Source of the DNA: an uncultured Ruminococcus sp.
GTDB lineage: Bacteria > Bacillota > Clostridia > Oscillospirales > Ruminococcaceae
Length of the DNA: 54,131 bases
Reading direction: 5' to 3'
Assembly (NCBI GenBank): GCA_949283135.1
Contig: CASDRM010000054.1
Location: forward strand, 1-54,131
Of the stretch, positions 1 to 8,101 are shown piece after piece. Both the position numbers and the translations under genes were made by a program. The number at the start of each line of letters is the position of its first letter. Position 1 is the first letter of the stretch. Under the pieces are notes generated by a model that was given only the letters and a program-made list of their open reading frames with translations, ran no database searches and had not been told where the DNA came from.

Positions 1-15
1 CACTTATCCTGTGCG

Positions 16-1284
16 TCAGCCGGTGACCTTGTCGTCCGAGCTGCCGTCATCGCCGCTTTCTTGTTTCCCGGCTTCCTCGTCTGGGGCTTCCTCGCTTAAA
101 GCATCGCCGGTGTCAGCTTCGGTATCAGGCTGCGCTTCACCCGAAGCCTCACCAGAGACGTTGCCTGAAGCCTTGTCTGAGACCTCATCTCCGCCCTCAT
201 CTGAAGTATCATCCTCGGCAAGTATATGCTCATCGACCTCGTCGTTTGCGTGCTTGCCGCTTTTTCTCTTCGAGTCGAGAATCTTCTGCTCATAGACGCG
301 GAGTATCTCCTTCGATTCCTCCGAATCGCAGTAAAGCAGCTTGCCCCTCTTCTTGACGGTGATGTACATGTAAACCAGTATCATGAGCGCAAATATCACG
401 CATGTTCCCGCCACGAGCTGAGAAATCTTGAGTTGGATGGTGTCGTTGTTGATGAGGTACAGGCTGTCCGTCCTCAGACCCTCGATCCAGAACCGTCCCA
501 GTCCATACCAGCCTATATACAAAAGGAACAGCTCGCCGTCAAACTTACGGTGCTTTGAATAGAAGTGCAGGGCTATAAATCCTACCAGGCACCAGAGCGA
601 CTCATACAGGAAGCAGGGGTGCGCTATCATGTCTCTTGCTCTGTTTGTGACTATCGTCACGTTCTCTGGATAGTAGAAGAAGTACAGCTCGTTGATTATT
701 TTCTTGGATGTCATGCCCCACGGCAGGGTGGTCATCGAGCCGTAAGCCTCTTCGTTGAAGAAGTTTCCCCAGCGTCCGAGGCACTGTCCTATCAGGAAGC
801 CCATGCCGGCAAGGTCGAGCAGCGTGCCTATCTTCACCTTTCTTATCTTAGCCACTACCAGTCCGAACAAAAGCGCGCCTATCACTCCGCCGTAAATGGC
901 AAGTCCGCCGTCGCGTATGCTCAGAGCCTCGACTATATCGAAGGTGCCGTCGTCTGTCATGTATTTGTCAAGGCTGAATATCACATAATACGCTCTCGCG
1001 CCGATTATTCCGCCTATAAAGCCTGCCAAAACGGTGTCGGTAAACCTGTCCGGCTCGAGTCCGAACTTCTTGACCCTTGTAAACGCATAGATCATCGCAA
1101 GCGCCATTCCGAGCGCTATCAGGAAACCGTACCAGTAAATCTCAAAGGTCGTTCCGGGTATGGTGACCATTACATTGTCAATCTTGAGTCCGTTCTCAAA
1201 AAGACCGCTGTTCGGGAAATATAATACTCCGTCCTCGCCGTCCAAGATCTGACGAACCAAATCAGTTGTCATTGCCATTAGCAT
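16..1284 (-). CDS. lgt: Prolipoprotein diacylglyceryl transferase with extended N-terminus and acidic C-terminal tail
   Basis: 422-aa polytopic ORF with the Lgt signature GRWGNFFNEEAYG and the typical first helix IYWYGFLIALG. The last ~95 aa are D/E/S/G-rich low complexity. The gene starts 28 nt downstream of the M16 gene stop. Confidence 0.9.
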   Translation of the reverse strand: MLMAMTTDLVRQILDGEDGVLYFPNSGLFENGLKIDNVMVTIPGTTFEIYWYGFLIALGMALAMIYAFTRVKKFGLEPDRFTDTVLAGFIGGIIGARAYYVIFSLDKYMTDDGTFDIVEALSIRDGGLAIYGGVIGALLFGLVVAKIRKVKIGTLLDLAGMGFLIGQCLGRWGNFFNEEAYGSMTTLPWGMTSKKIINELYFFYYPENVTIVTNRARDMIAHPCFLYESLWCLVGFIALHFYSKHRKFDGELFLLYIGWYGLGRFWIEGLRTDSLYLINNDTIQLKISQLVAGTCVIFALMILVYMYITVKKRGKLLYCDSEESKEILRVYEQKILDSKRKSGKHANDEVDEHILAEDDTSDEGGDEVSDKASGNVSGEASGEAQPDTEADTGDALSEEAPDEEAGKQESGDDGSSDDKVTG

Positions 1285-1312
1285 ATCAGTCTGTTGTTTC
1301 CTTCCTGTTTTA

Positions 1313-2596
1313 TTACTTCAAAGGCTCTACTATTGATATAGAGGAGTTCTCTGCATTCAAAAGTTCGTCAAGCGCGCCGGCGACATCCTCATAGGTTATC
1401 GAGGCGAGGATCTCTATCGAGTCAAACGGCTTGCTTTGAGTCATGTGAGCGTTAAGCATAAGCGACGCGCAGCTTTCAGCGCTGCCGAACGACCTTATGG
1501 CTGAGGCATACCTCGACTTTTTGAGGCTTTCAAACTCTGAGCGGTCAAGACCCTCGCGCTTTACTCTGGCGATCTCCTCGTTTACCATAGCTCTAAACTT
1601 TTCAGGATCGTTCGATTCTCCCTCAAGCAGGTTGACAAAGTAGCCGTCGCCGTCAAGAGTCTCCGACTCAAAGCTTGAGTTAATAAGACCCGCCCTCAGG
1701 CAATCCTGATAGAACTTTGTGGTGGAGCCGAAGATCAGATCCATCAAAAACGCGCTCTCAAACTCCTTCTTTATCATCTCGGCGCCGATACACGGCTTTG
1801 CCTTAAAGCCTATGGCGAACAGCGGAACTCCAACCGGCATACTGCACTTATATTCGCTCTGAACCACGGTGTCCGGCTCGTTCGGGAAAACGCACTCAAG
1901 ACCTACGTCCTCGCAGGGCTTTAAAAGCCTGTCGGCGACCTCAAGCACATCGTCGACCCGGCAGTTTCCCGCAATCGAGAGCACCATATTATTGAGGTTG
2001 TAGAAGGTGTAATAGCAGCGGTACAAAAGGTCGGCGTTGATCTTAGCTATAGAGTCCACCGTTCCCGCGATGCCTATTCTGACAGGATGACTGTGGTAAA
2101 CCGCCTTTAAAAGATTGAAGAAGACCGCCACATACGGGTTGTCCTCGCCCATCTTTATCTCCTGAGCGATTATGCCCTGCTCCTTGTCTACTGTCTCCTG
2201 CGTAAAATACGGCTTCTGAACAAAGTCGAGAAGTATTGAAAGAGACTCGGGGAAATTCTCTGTACAGCTGAAAAGATACGCGGTTCTTCCGAATGAAGTA
2301 TAGGCGTTTCCGCTTGCTCCCGTCTTTGCGTAAAGCTCGAAAACGTCGCAGTCCTCGTTCTCAAAAAGCTTATGCTCCAAAAAGTGAGCTATTCCCTCCG
2401 GCACGGTCACAAAATCCGCGTCGTTTTTGGTCTTGAAGGTGGTGTTGACAGAACCGTACTTCGTTCCGAAAAGCGCGAAGGCGGTGTTATAGCCCTCCAT
2501 CTCCATAACATATATCGAAAGACCGGTGGGGTGCTTGATATAGTAGTACTTTTCGCCTGTGCGCTCGTTTACTATAAGCTGCTTTTCATAGTTCAT
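1313..2596 (-). CDS. M16 (pitrilysin/insulinase) family zinc peptidase, catalytically competent subunit
   Basis: 427-aa ORF with an intact inverted zinc motif HxxEH (GIAHFLEHKLFE). Size and two-domain layout fit YmfH-like M16B peptidases. It lies 15 nt downstream of a paralogous ORF. Confidence 0.85.
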   Translation of the reverse strand: MNYEKQLIVNERTGEKYYYIKHPTGLSIYVMEMEGYNTAFALFGTKYGSVNTTFKTKNDADFVTVPEGIAHFLEHKLFENEDCDVFELYAKTGASGNAYTSFGRTAYLFSCTENFPESLSILLDFVQKPYFTQETVDKEQGIIAQEIKMGEDNPYVAVFFNLLKAVYHSHPVRIGIAGTVDSIAKINADLLYRCYYTFYNLNNMVLSIAGNCRVDDVLEVADRLLKPCEDVGLECVFPNEPDTVVQSEYKCSMPVGVPLFAIGFKAKPCIGAEMIKKEFESAFLMDLIFGSTTKFYQDCLRAGLINSSFESETLDGDGYFVNLLEGESNDPEKFRAMVNEEIARVKREGLDRSEFESLKKSRYASAIRSFGSAESCASLMLNAHMTQSKPFDSIEILASITYEDVAGALDELLNAENSSISIVEPLK

Positions 2597-2611
2597 TTAT
2601 CTGTTCCCTCC

Positions 2612-3868
2612 TCAGTCTCTCTGGATATATACGGTGTCCAGCTTGAAGCTCTTGGCAAGGTCTATTACATCCTCGCGGGTGACCTCGCTGAGCTTCTCAA
2701 TATATTCCTCGGGAGTAAGCACCTCGCCCCTGAGGTTGCCGCAGGCATACCAGTCCTCGATAAGGGAGATCTTATCCTCCCTCGAGCGATAGGAGTTGGC
2801 AAGTATCAGCTTTGCGCTTGTGAGCTCATCCTCGGTGACCTCGCCGTCCGCAATAAGAGAAAGCTGGCGGATTATCTCGTTCTTAGCTTTTTCAATATTA
2901 TCAAACTCCACCGCGCTGACTACAAACATAGTGCCCTTTGTCTCAGAATATATCGACTGGCAGAAGTAGCACAGGCTCATCTTTTCCCTGACATTGGCGA
3001 AAAGCTTGGAGAACGGCGCTCCTCCGTAGACGCAGGAGAGAACCTGAGCAGTCCTTAGATCATGCTTCTCCGGCTTAAACGCCATGACAAGGTTTGCCTG
3101 CGCCACGCTCATGTGCTTTGTCACATACTCCGGCTCCGGCTTTATGGGGCTGTAGCTGAGGAAGCTCGGAGTGCTCCAGCTTTGGCGGTCAGTCTTAAAC
3201 GCCTCCTCAAGCACCTTTATCGCGTCATCAAAGCCGCCGTGACCGCAGAAGGAAATCTCGACCTTAGCTTTCTTGAGCACCCTCTTATATACCTCATACG
3301 CCTCTGCGGGCGTTACCTTTTCAACAGCCTCTCTGCTGCCGTAATATTTGCAGGCTCTAGACTCGCCCCTGTATACCGTCTCAAACGAGAGGCTCATGGC
3401 GTAGGATATCTTGTCGTTTATCTCGGCGTCTATGGCGTCAAGCAGATCCTTTCTTCTCATCTCAAACTCGTCCTCAGCAAAGCCGCCGTTCTCAACAGCC
3501 GGATTAAAGATGCAGCCTACAAGCAGCTTTGACACGTCGTCTGATATCCTGTCTCCGCCAAGAGCGTATCTGTCGGCTAAAAAGTCCGCGCTGATTTTAA
3601 GCTCGTAGATGTCTCCCATCTGGTTGACAGCTCCCGATACGGTAGTTCCGTAAAGAGCATTTAATTTTTTGTTGAACTCAGTGCCGGTAGGATATTCCGC
3701 GCTGCACGAGGTCAGAACAGCAGGAATCAGCGCTAATGCAGCCGCGTCCTTTTCGCTGTACTCGATCATAAACCTGATAAAAACGGTGTTTGTCTTGAAT
3801 TTGGGATCTGAAATCTGAGACAGATAAACTCCGCCGCCCAAATCCCTTCTATCATATGAACTGCGCAA
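2612..3868 (-). CDS. M16 family peptidase-like protein, probable non-catalytic partner (no HxxEH)
   Basis: 418-aa ORF of the same size and layout as the downstream M16 gene. The position where HxxEH is expected reads ALIPAVLTS. TTG start at 3868 is preceded by the SD AGAGGTGAG. Confidence 0.75.
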   Translation of the reverse strand: MRSSYDRRDLGGGVYLSQISDPKFKTNTVFIRFMIEYSEKDAAALALIPAVLTSCSAEYPTGTEFNKKLNALYGTTVSGAVNQMGDIYELKISADFLADRYALGGDRISDDVSKLLVGCIFNPAVENGGFAEDEFEMRRKDLLDAIDAEINDKISYAMSLSFETVYRGESRACKYYGSREAVEKVTPAEAYEVYKRVLKKAKVEISFCGHGGFDDAIKVLEEAFKTDRQSWSTPSFLSYSPIKPEPEYVTKHMSVAQANLVMAFKPEKHDLRTAQVLSCVYGGAPFSKLFANVREKMSLCYFCQSIYSETKGTMFVVSAVEFDNIEKAKNEIIRQLSLIADGEVTEDELTSAKLILANSYRSREDKISLIEDWYACGNLRGEVLTPEEYIEKLSEVTREDVIDLAKSFKLDTVYIQRD

Positions 3869-3911
3869 TATAACTCACCTCTAATGCTATAATAAAAAAA
3901 CAGATAGGTTT

Positions 3912-3940
3912 ATTGTACCACACGCTTTCAATTTATGCAA
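3912..3940 (-). promoter_or_regulatory. Sigma-A-like promoter for the M16-M16-lgt operon
   Basis: On the minus strand: TTGCAT, 17 nt, then TACAAT with an upstream TG (extended -10). It sits about 45 nt upstream of the TTG start. Confidence 0.45.
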
Positions 3941-4188
3941 GTATAAGCTAAGAATATGGCGAAAAAACGCAAAAGCCGCGTTCGGGGGCGATACAGGAAA
4001 TATTTTGCATATTTGCCTCTATCCAAATAGTATCAGCTGCATTCGTGCCTGTCAATATAAATATGATAATCAGGAATCCCGTAAGTTTATAATAGCCTTG
4101 TTCCTTTTGCGCTCCCCCGGGCGTAAAAAATCCCGCCCCGCCGCATTATCCGCGGCAGAGCGGGACTTTACTCAAAATTATGACTTTA

Positions 4189-5439
4189 TCAGCCGTTAAC
4201 GCTTTCAGTCTGGCTCTCCAGCTTTGGCTGGTCGGAGCCTCCGCCAAGAGCGGCTTTCTTTTCGTCATGCTTAAACAAGAGCTTGAGGCAGATAGGAGTG
4301 AGCAGCGAGGACACAAGTATCAGCATAATAACCGCCGTGAAGTACCTCTCGTCCAAGAGTCCCACCTCGAGTCCCTTCTGGGAAACGATGAGCGCGACCT
4401 CTCCTCTTGTCATCATACCTACGCCGACCTTGATAGAGTCGTTCCAGTTGAACTTGAACGCCTTCGCGGTGAGTCCGCAGCCTATTATCTTGGCCAGCAG
4501 TCCGACGAGCACGAAGCCTACCGAGAAAAGTATCAGCTCGGCGTCAATGTCGTCAAAGACATACTTTATTCCTATGCTGGCAAAGAATATCGGTCCGAAG
4601 AACATATACGAGCTTACGTCCATCTTCTCGTTGATGTACTTGGAGTCCGGCAGGTTGCAAAGGAGTATACCTGCTACATACGCGCCGGTAATATCCGCTA
4701 CTCCGAAGTAGTGGTCGGCGATATAAGCCATGGCAAGGCAGAGCGTAAGACCCATTATCGGGATTCTGCGATGGTGGGGCGAGCGCTTGTCGATCTTCTT
4801 GAAGATAAAGTATATCGCGACGCCTATGGTAGCGCAGAAGACTATGTACAAAAGCGTATCAAGAAGAACGCTTCCCACGCTGCTTGAGCTCGAGTCCTTG
4901 AGTCCTATTACAAAGGTAAGGACTATTATTCCTATTACGTCGTCTATGATCGCCGCGCCTGTTATAACAGTACCGATCCTCGTGTCAAGCTTGCCGAGCT
5001 CCTTCAGGGTCTCGACCGTTATGCTGACAGAGGTAGCTGTAAGTATGGTTCCCACAAAGAGCGCCTTGAAGAATTCCTCCGTTCCGACGGCTGCAAAGCC
5101 GTAGAAGCAGGAGTAAAGCAGCGTTCCGCCGACAAGCGGTACCAAAACGCCCACGCAGGCGGTAACTAACGCCATGGGTCCCGACCTTATCAGCTCTTTG
5201 AGATTGGTCGTCAGACCAGCCATGAACATCAGGAGTATTACGCCGATCTCAGCGGAGACGTTCAGATAATCAGAGCCGGAGACAAGACCAAGAATGTTAG
5301 GGCCTATGAGGAGTCCCGCAATGATCTCTCCGACGACCTGAGGAACGCCGAGCCTCTTGGCTATCAAGCCGAACACTTTTGCGATAATCAGTATGATTGC
5401 TAAGTCACGAATAATGTCAATAACTTCCAAAATAATCAC
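4189..5439 (-). CDS. Cation:proton antiporter (CPA2, Kef/NapA-like Na+ or K+/H+ exchanger)
   Basis: 416-aa ORF with about 12 hydrophobic helices. The N-terminal motif LGVPQVVGEIIAGLLIGPNILG is typical of the Na_H_exchanger family. Confidence 0.85.
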   Translation of the reverse strand: MIILEVIDIIRDLAIILIIAKVFGLIAKRLGVPQVVGEIIAGLLIGPNILGLVSGSDYLNVSAEIGVILLMFMAGLTTNLKELIRSGPMALVTACVGVLVPLVGGTLLYSCFYGFAAVGTEEFFKALFVGTILTATSVSITVETLKELGKLDTRIGTVITGAAIIDDVIGIIVLTFVIGLKDSSSSSVGSVLLDTLLYIVFCATIGVAIYFIFKKIDKRSPHHRRIPIMGLTLCLAMAYIADHYFGVADITGAYVAGILLCNLPDSKYINEKMDVSSYMFFGPIFFASIGIKYVFDDIDAELILFSVGFVLVGLLAKIIGCGLTAKAFKFNWNDSIKVGVGMMTRGEVALIVSQKGLEVGLLDERYFTAVIMLILVSSLLTPICLKLLFKHDEKKAALGGGSDQPKLESQTESVNG

Positions 5440-5587
5440 CCTCTAAATATTACGCAAATAAAACATTTTTCGTAAACATATCTGTCATTATACTCTTGAG
5501 CTTTTAAATTTTCAAGAACCTATTTAAATTTCGTTATTTCAGTTGAAATGCCGCTCAAAATCCGTTATAATATGGGCAATTATTGCA

Positions 5588-6682
5588 ATGAGTCCGGCTG
5601 CGGAGGTGATAGCGCTGCTTGATATAAACTACTTTTTGGGACTGCGGTCCTATATAGATTTTCTACGAGAGACTTGTTTGCCTATATTCATTTACGGCAT
5701 GGGGGACGGTTGCCTTAAGCTGCTGTCCATTTTTAACAGCTATAATATCCCTTGTGCGGGAATTTTTGCAAGCGATGAATTTGTCAGGGACAAAAGCTTC
5801 GAGGGGCACAGGATACACAGCCTCGGAGAGATAGAATCGAGTGTGGACGAGTTTATAGTTGTCCTCGCCTTCGGGGCGGGATACAGCTCGCTGATAGAAA
5901 AAATAGATGGTATTGCCTCACGGCATGCTCTTTTCGTGCCGGATATGCCGGTCGTCGGAGAGGGGCTGTTTACCAAGGAATATTTTGCGGAAAATTTTGA
6001 AAGCATAAGCCGAGTCTATTCCCTGCTTGCAGACGAGCAGTCAAAAAGCTGTTACAAAAATCTGCTCGAATACAGGATAACAGGCGACATACGCTTTCTC
6101 AAGTCCTGCGAGTCGCGTCCCGACGACGCCATGAAGCTCCTTAGGCTGTCAGACGATGAAATTTACTGCGACCTCGGAGCGTATACAGGAGACACCATCG
6201 ACGAGTTCTTAAAAGCGAAAGGCGGAAGCTATCACCGCATATACGCGGTAGAACCTGACCCGAGAAATTTCAGAAAGCTCTGTGAAAACACCTGCGGTCT
6301 TGCCCGCTTTACACCGATAAACGCCGCTGTAGGCGAAAACGACGGCGTCATAACCGTCTTAAAGGGAGGCGGCAGGATGATAAGAAAAGCTGACAAGGGC
6401 AGGCAGGTGGTTCTTCGCTCCCTTGACTCCGTCCTTGGCGGAGAAAGCTGCACATACATAAAGATTGACGTCGAGGGCTCTGAAGCGGACGCTATAAAAG
6501 GAGCGGAAAAAAGTATAGAGCGCTGCCAGCCCAAGCTTAACATAGCGCTGTATCACCGGGTAGGTGATATATTTGAGCTTCCCCTGCTGGTTCACTCTTT
6601 GCTTCCAGAGCACAAGCTGTATATCAGGCACTTTCCTTATTACCCGGCGTGGGACACGAATCTATATGCAGTCCAAGGCTGA
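5588..6682 (+). CDS. FkbM-family SAM-dependent methyltransferase with an extra N-terminal alpha/beta domain
   Basis: The C-terminal half carries FkbM-type motifs (YCDLGAYTGDTIDEF; YIKIDVEGSEADAIKGA). The ORF opens at 5543 (TTG) and the first ATG is at 5588, so the start is uncertain. Confidence 0.7.
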   Translation: MSPAAEVIALLDINYFLGLRSYIDFLRETCLPIFIYGMGDGCLKLLSIFNSYNIPCAGIFASDEFVRDKSFEGHRIHSLGEIESSVDEFIVVLAFGAGYSSLIEKIDGIASRHALFVPDMPVVGEGLFTKEYFAENFESISRVYSLLADEQSKSCYKNLLEYRITGDIRFLKSCESRPDDAMKLLRLSDDEIYCDLGAYTGDTIDEFLKAKGGSYHRIYAVEPDPRNFRKLCENTCGLARFTPINAAVGENDGVITVLKGGGRMIRKADKGRQVVLRSLDSVLGGESCTYIKIDVEGSEADAIKGAEKSIERCQPKLNIALYHRVGDIFELPLLVHSLLPEHKLYIRHFPYYPAWDTNLYAVQG

Positions 6683-6684
6683 CA

Positions 6685-6717
6685 AAAAGCGGTTTCATGG
6701 CAGAAGACCGCTTTTTT
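6685..6717 (+). terminator. Rho-independent terminator after the FkbM gene
   Basis: Hairpin AAAAGCGGT / ACCGCTTTT followed by a T-run, directly after the stop codon. Confidence 0.6.
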
Positions 6718-6892
6718 ACATCTATGTGTTTACCACAGGAGCAGACATTGCATAATATGTATTAGGTGTTAAACCGGGCTGGTGCTCAAAAAGGGAAAGC
6801 GCAAAATCGCTACTTTCATCGCTTATCCACACGGATTTCACACAAGCCGCCGTCTGTAACCAAGTTGTCACTTTCTTGTAATTGCTTTGTTC

Positions 6893-6920
6893 TTGAAATG
6901 GGGCAGGGATATGCTACAAT
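6893..6920 (+). promoter_or_regulatory. Sigma-A-like promoter for the NlpC/P60 gene
   Basis: TTGAAA, 16 nt, then TGcTACAAT (extended -10). Its position means the ORF-track start at 6887 lies upstream of the transcript. Confidence 0.4.
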
Positions 6921-6952
6921 GTAATTGTAATAACGAGAACGAGGTGACGCAG

Positions 6953-7663
6953 GTGAATCGAAACAAGCTTAGGATAATCGCATCGCTTATAATAGCGGCG
7001 GCGATAGTAGCTGTAATGGCGGCATGCGGTCGGGTGGAAGATCCCGCGGGCAATAACGACTCCGCCGGAACAGACTCATCTGTGACGGTATCGGCAACCG
7101 ATTTGCCCGAAACCACCATCCATACTGAAGCCACTACAGACGAGACTCAGCCGGTTACAGAAATGCCCGAGCAGACAGAACCTGCAACCGAACCTACCGT
7201 GACTGAACCCACTGTGACTGAACCTACCGTGACCGAGCCGGCTGAAACAGAGCCGGAGGCTTCTGAGCCCGAGGCGCAGGCAGACTACTCTAAAATAGTA
7301 GACACCGCGACCGACATGCTCGGAGTTCCATATGCGAGCGGCGGAAGCAGTCCGGAGGATGGCTTTGATACCTCGGGATTTACTTACTATTGCGTCAGAG
7401 CTGCGGGAATTGATTTCCCCAGAAGCCTCAAGGACCAGCTTGAGAGCGGAAAGAGGATACCCTACAGCGAATTGAGGGCGGGAGATATCGTCTACTTTGC
7501 CGCTGAGGAGGGCGGAGAAGCAAGCTTCTGCGGAGTTTATGTGGGCGGAGGTCTTATGATCTACTCCCCCGTCCCCGACGATTTCGTCAAGACCGCAAAT
7601 ATTACAACCAACTACTGGACTACTCACTTTGTTACGGGACTGCGCGTGAGCGCAGAAAGCTGA
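6953..7663 (+). CDS. NlpC/P60 (C40) cell-wall peptidase lipoprotein with a TEP-repeat linker
   Basis: GTG at 6953 is preceded by the SD GAGGTG. Signal peptide ends in the lipobox VMAACG. The C-terminal domain reads GVPYASGGSSPEDGFDTSGFTYYC...GDIVYF, with the catalytic Cys in the SGF context, typical of NlpC/P60. Confidence 0.85.
   Translation: MNRNKLRIIASLIIAAAIVAVMAACGRVEDPAGNNDSAGTDSSVTVSATDLPETTIHTEATTDETQPVTEMPEQTEPATEPTVTEPTVTEPTVTEPAETEPEASEPEAQADYSKIVDTATDMLGVPYASGGSSPEDGFDTSGFTYYCVRAAGIDFPRSLKDQLESGKRIPYSELRAGDIVYFAAEEGGEASFCGVYVGGGLMIYSPVPDDFVKTANITTNYWTTHFVTGLRVSAES
7175..7276 (+). repeat. In-frame 15-bp tandem repeat encoding (T/S)EPxx units
   Basis: Three near-identical 15-bp units lie at 7187-7231 (ACCGAACCTACCGTG / ACTGAACCCACTGTG / ACTGAACCTACCGTG). 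Degenerate TEPA, TEPAE, TEPEA and SEPEA units flank them. Confidence 0.75.
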
Positions 7664-7735
7664 GCGGGTCCGCTGAACATAAGTCTGTCTATATCTATTT
7701 TTCCTCCATACAAAATACAGACAAAAGCCTGATCG

Positions 7736-7772
7736 GGGGCGTCGCAGCTTGTGCGGCGTCCCTTGGCTTTTT
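7736..7772 (+). terminator. Rho-independent terminator after the NlpC/P60 gene
   Basis: 10-bp stem with two G-U pairs (GGGGCGTCGC / GCGGCGTCCC), followed by TTGGCTTTTTATTTT. Confidence 0.55.
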
Positions 7773-7838
7773 ATTTTATAAAAAGCAATTCGCCTCAAGC
7801 GTGTTTTAGCGCATTCGGCATAATCTTGACGATATATG

Positions 7839-7867
7839 TTGACATGGAAGACGGTTTGTGCTATCCT
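7839..7867 (+). promoter_or_regulatory. Sigma-A-like promoter driving the TPP riboswitch and thiT-thiN
   Basis: TTGACA (7839-7844), 17 nt, then TATCCT (7862-7867) with an upstream TG. Confidence 0.5.
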
Positions 7868-7879
7868 ATGTATCGAATA

Positions 7880-7975
7880 AAACAGGGGAGCTCGTATTCG
7901 GGCTGAGAGGAAGCGAAATAACGCTTCGACCCATAACCTGATTCGGATAATGCCGACGTAGGGCGACCTGATATT
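7880..7975 (+). promoter_or_regulatory. TPP (THI-box) riboswitch aptamer
   Basis: Conserved THI-element blocks are present: CAGGGGAGC...GGGCTGAGAGG...ACCC...ACCTGATTCGGATAATGCCGACGTAGGG. It lies directly upstream of a thiamine transporter and thiamine diphosphokinase pair. Confidence 0.85.
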
Positions 7976-8003
7976 TTCAGGTGACGACATAACGCTTACA
8001 GAA

Positions 8004-8032
8004 CCTCGGACATATCCTGCCCGGGGCTTTTT
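8004..8032 (+). terminator. Possible riboswitch expression-platform terminator
   Basis: A short 6-bp stem (CCTCGG / CCGGGG) followed by CTTTTT, between the aptamer and the thiT start. The hairpin is weak. Confidence 0.3.
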
Positions 8033-8101
8033 GCATTCACAAATCGGGAAATGGCAGGTATAACCCGTTTTATTGAATTTTCAAAACGGAGATGCAAAAA
8101 A

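Noticed and set aside
11-295. A Ser/Pro-rich 94-aa plus-strand ORF at the window start.
   Set aside because: It is the complement of the acidic low-complexity tail of lgt. GA-rich codons on one strand give SP-rich frames on the other. There is no start context.
3948-4010. A 20-codon mini-ORF plus a weak hairpin between two promoter-like elements upstream of the M16 operon, considered as a possible leader peptide or attenuator.
   Set aside because: It has no SD and the hairpin stem is only 5 bp. The codon content suggests no amino-acid-specific attenuation, so it is most likely chance.
6720-6892. A possible c-di-AMP (ydaO-type) riboswitch upstream of the NlpC/P60 gene, which is a common location for that element.
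   Set aside because: None of the conserved ydaO sequence blocks were visible. A promoter-like element at 6893-6920 also places the transcript start downstream of this region.
7175-7276. Tandem 15-bp repeats, considered as a possible CRISPR-like or regulatory repeat.
   Set aside because: The repeats are in frame within the NlpC/P60 gene and encode a TEPxx linker. There are no spacers, so this is a coding low-complexity repeat.
7076-7990. A 304-aa minus-strand ORF spanning the NlpC/P60 gene, its terminator and the TPP riboswitch.
   Set aside because: It runs antisense to a motif-bearing gene and crosses a terminator, a promoter and a riboswitch. The product is Arg/Ser/Cys-rich low complexity with no SD, which is typical of a shadow ORF.
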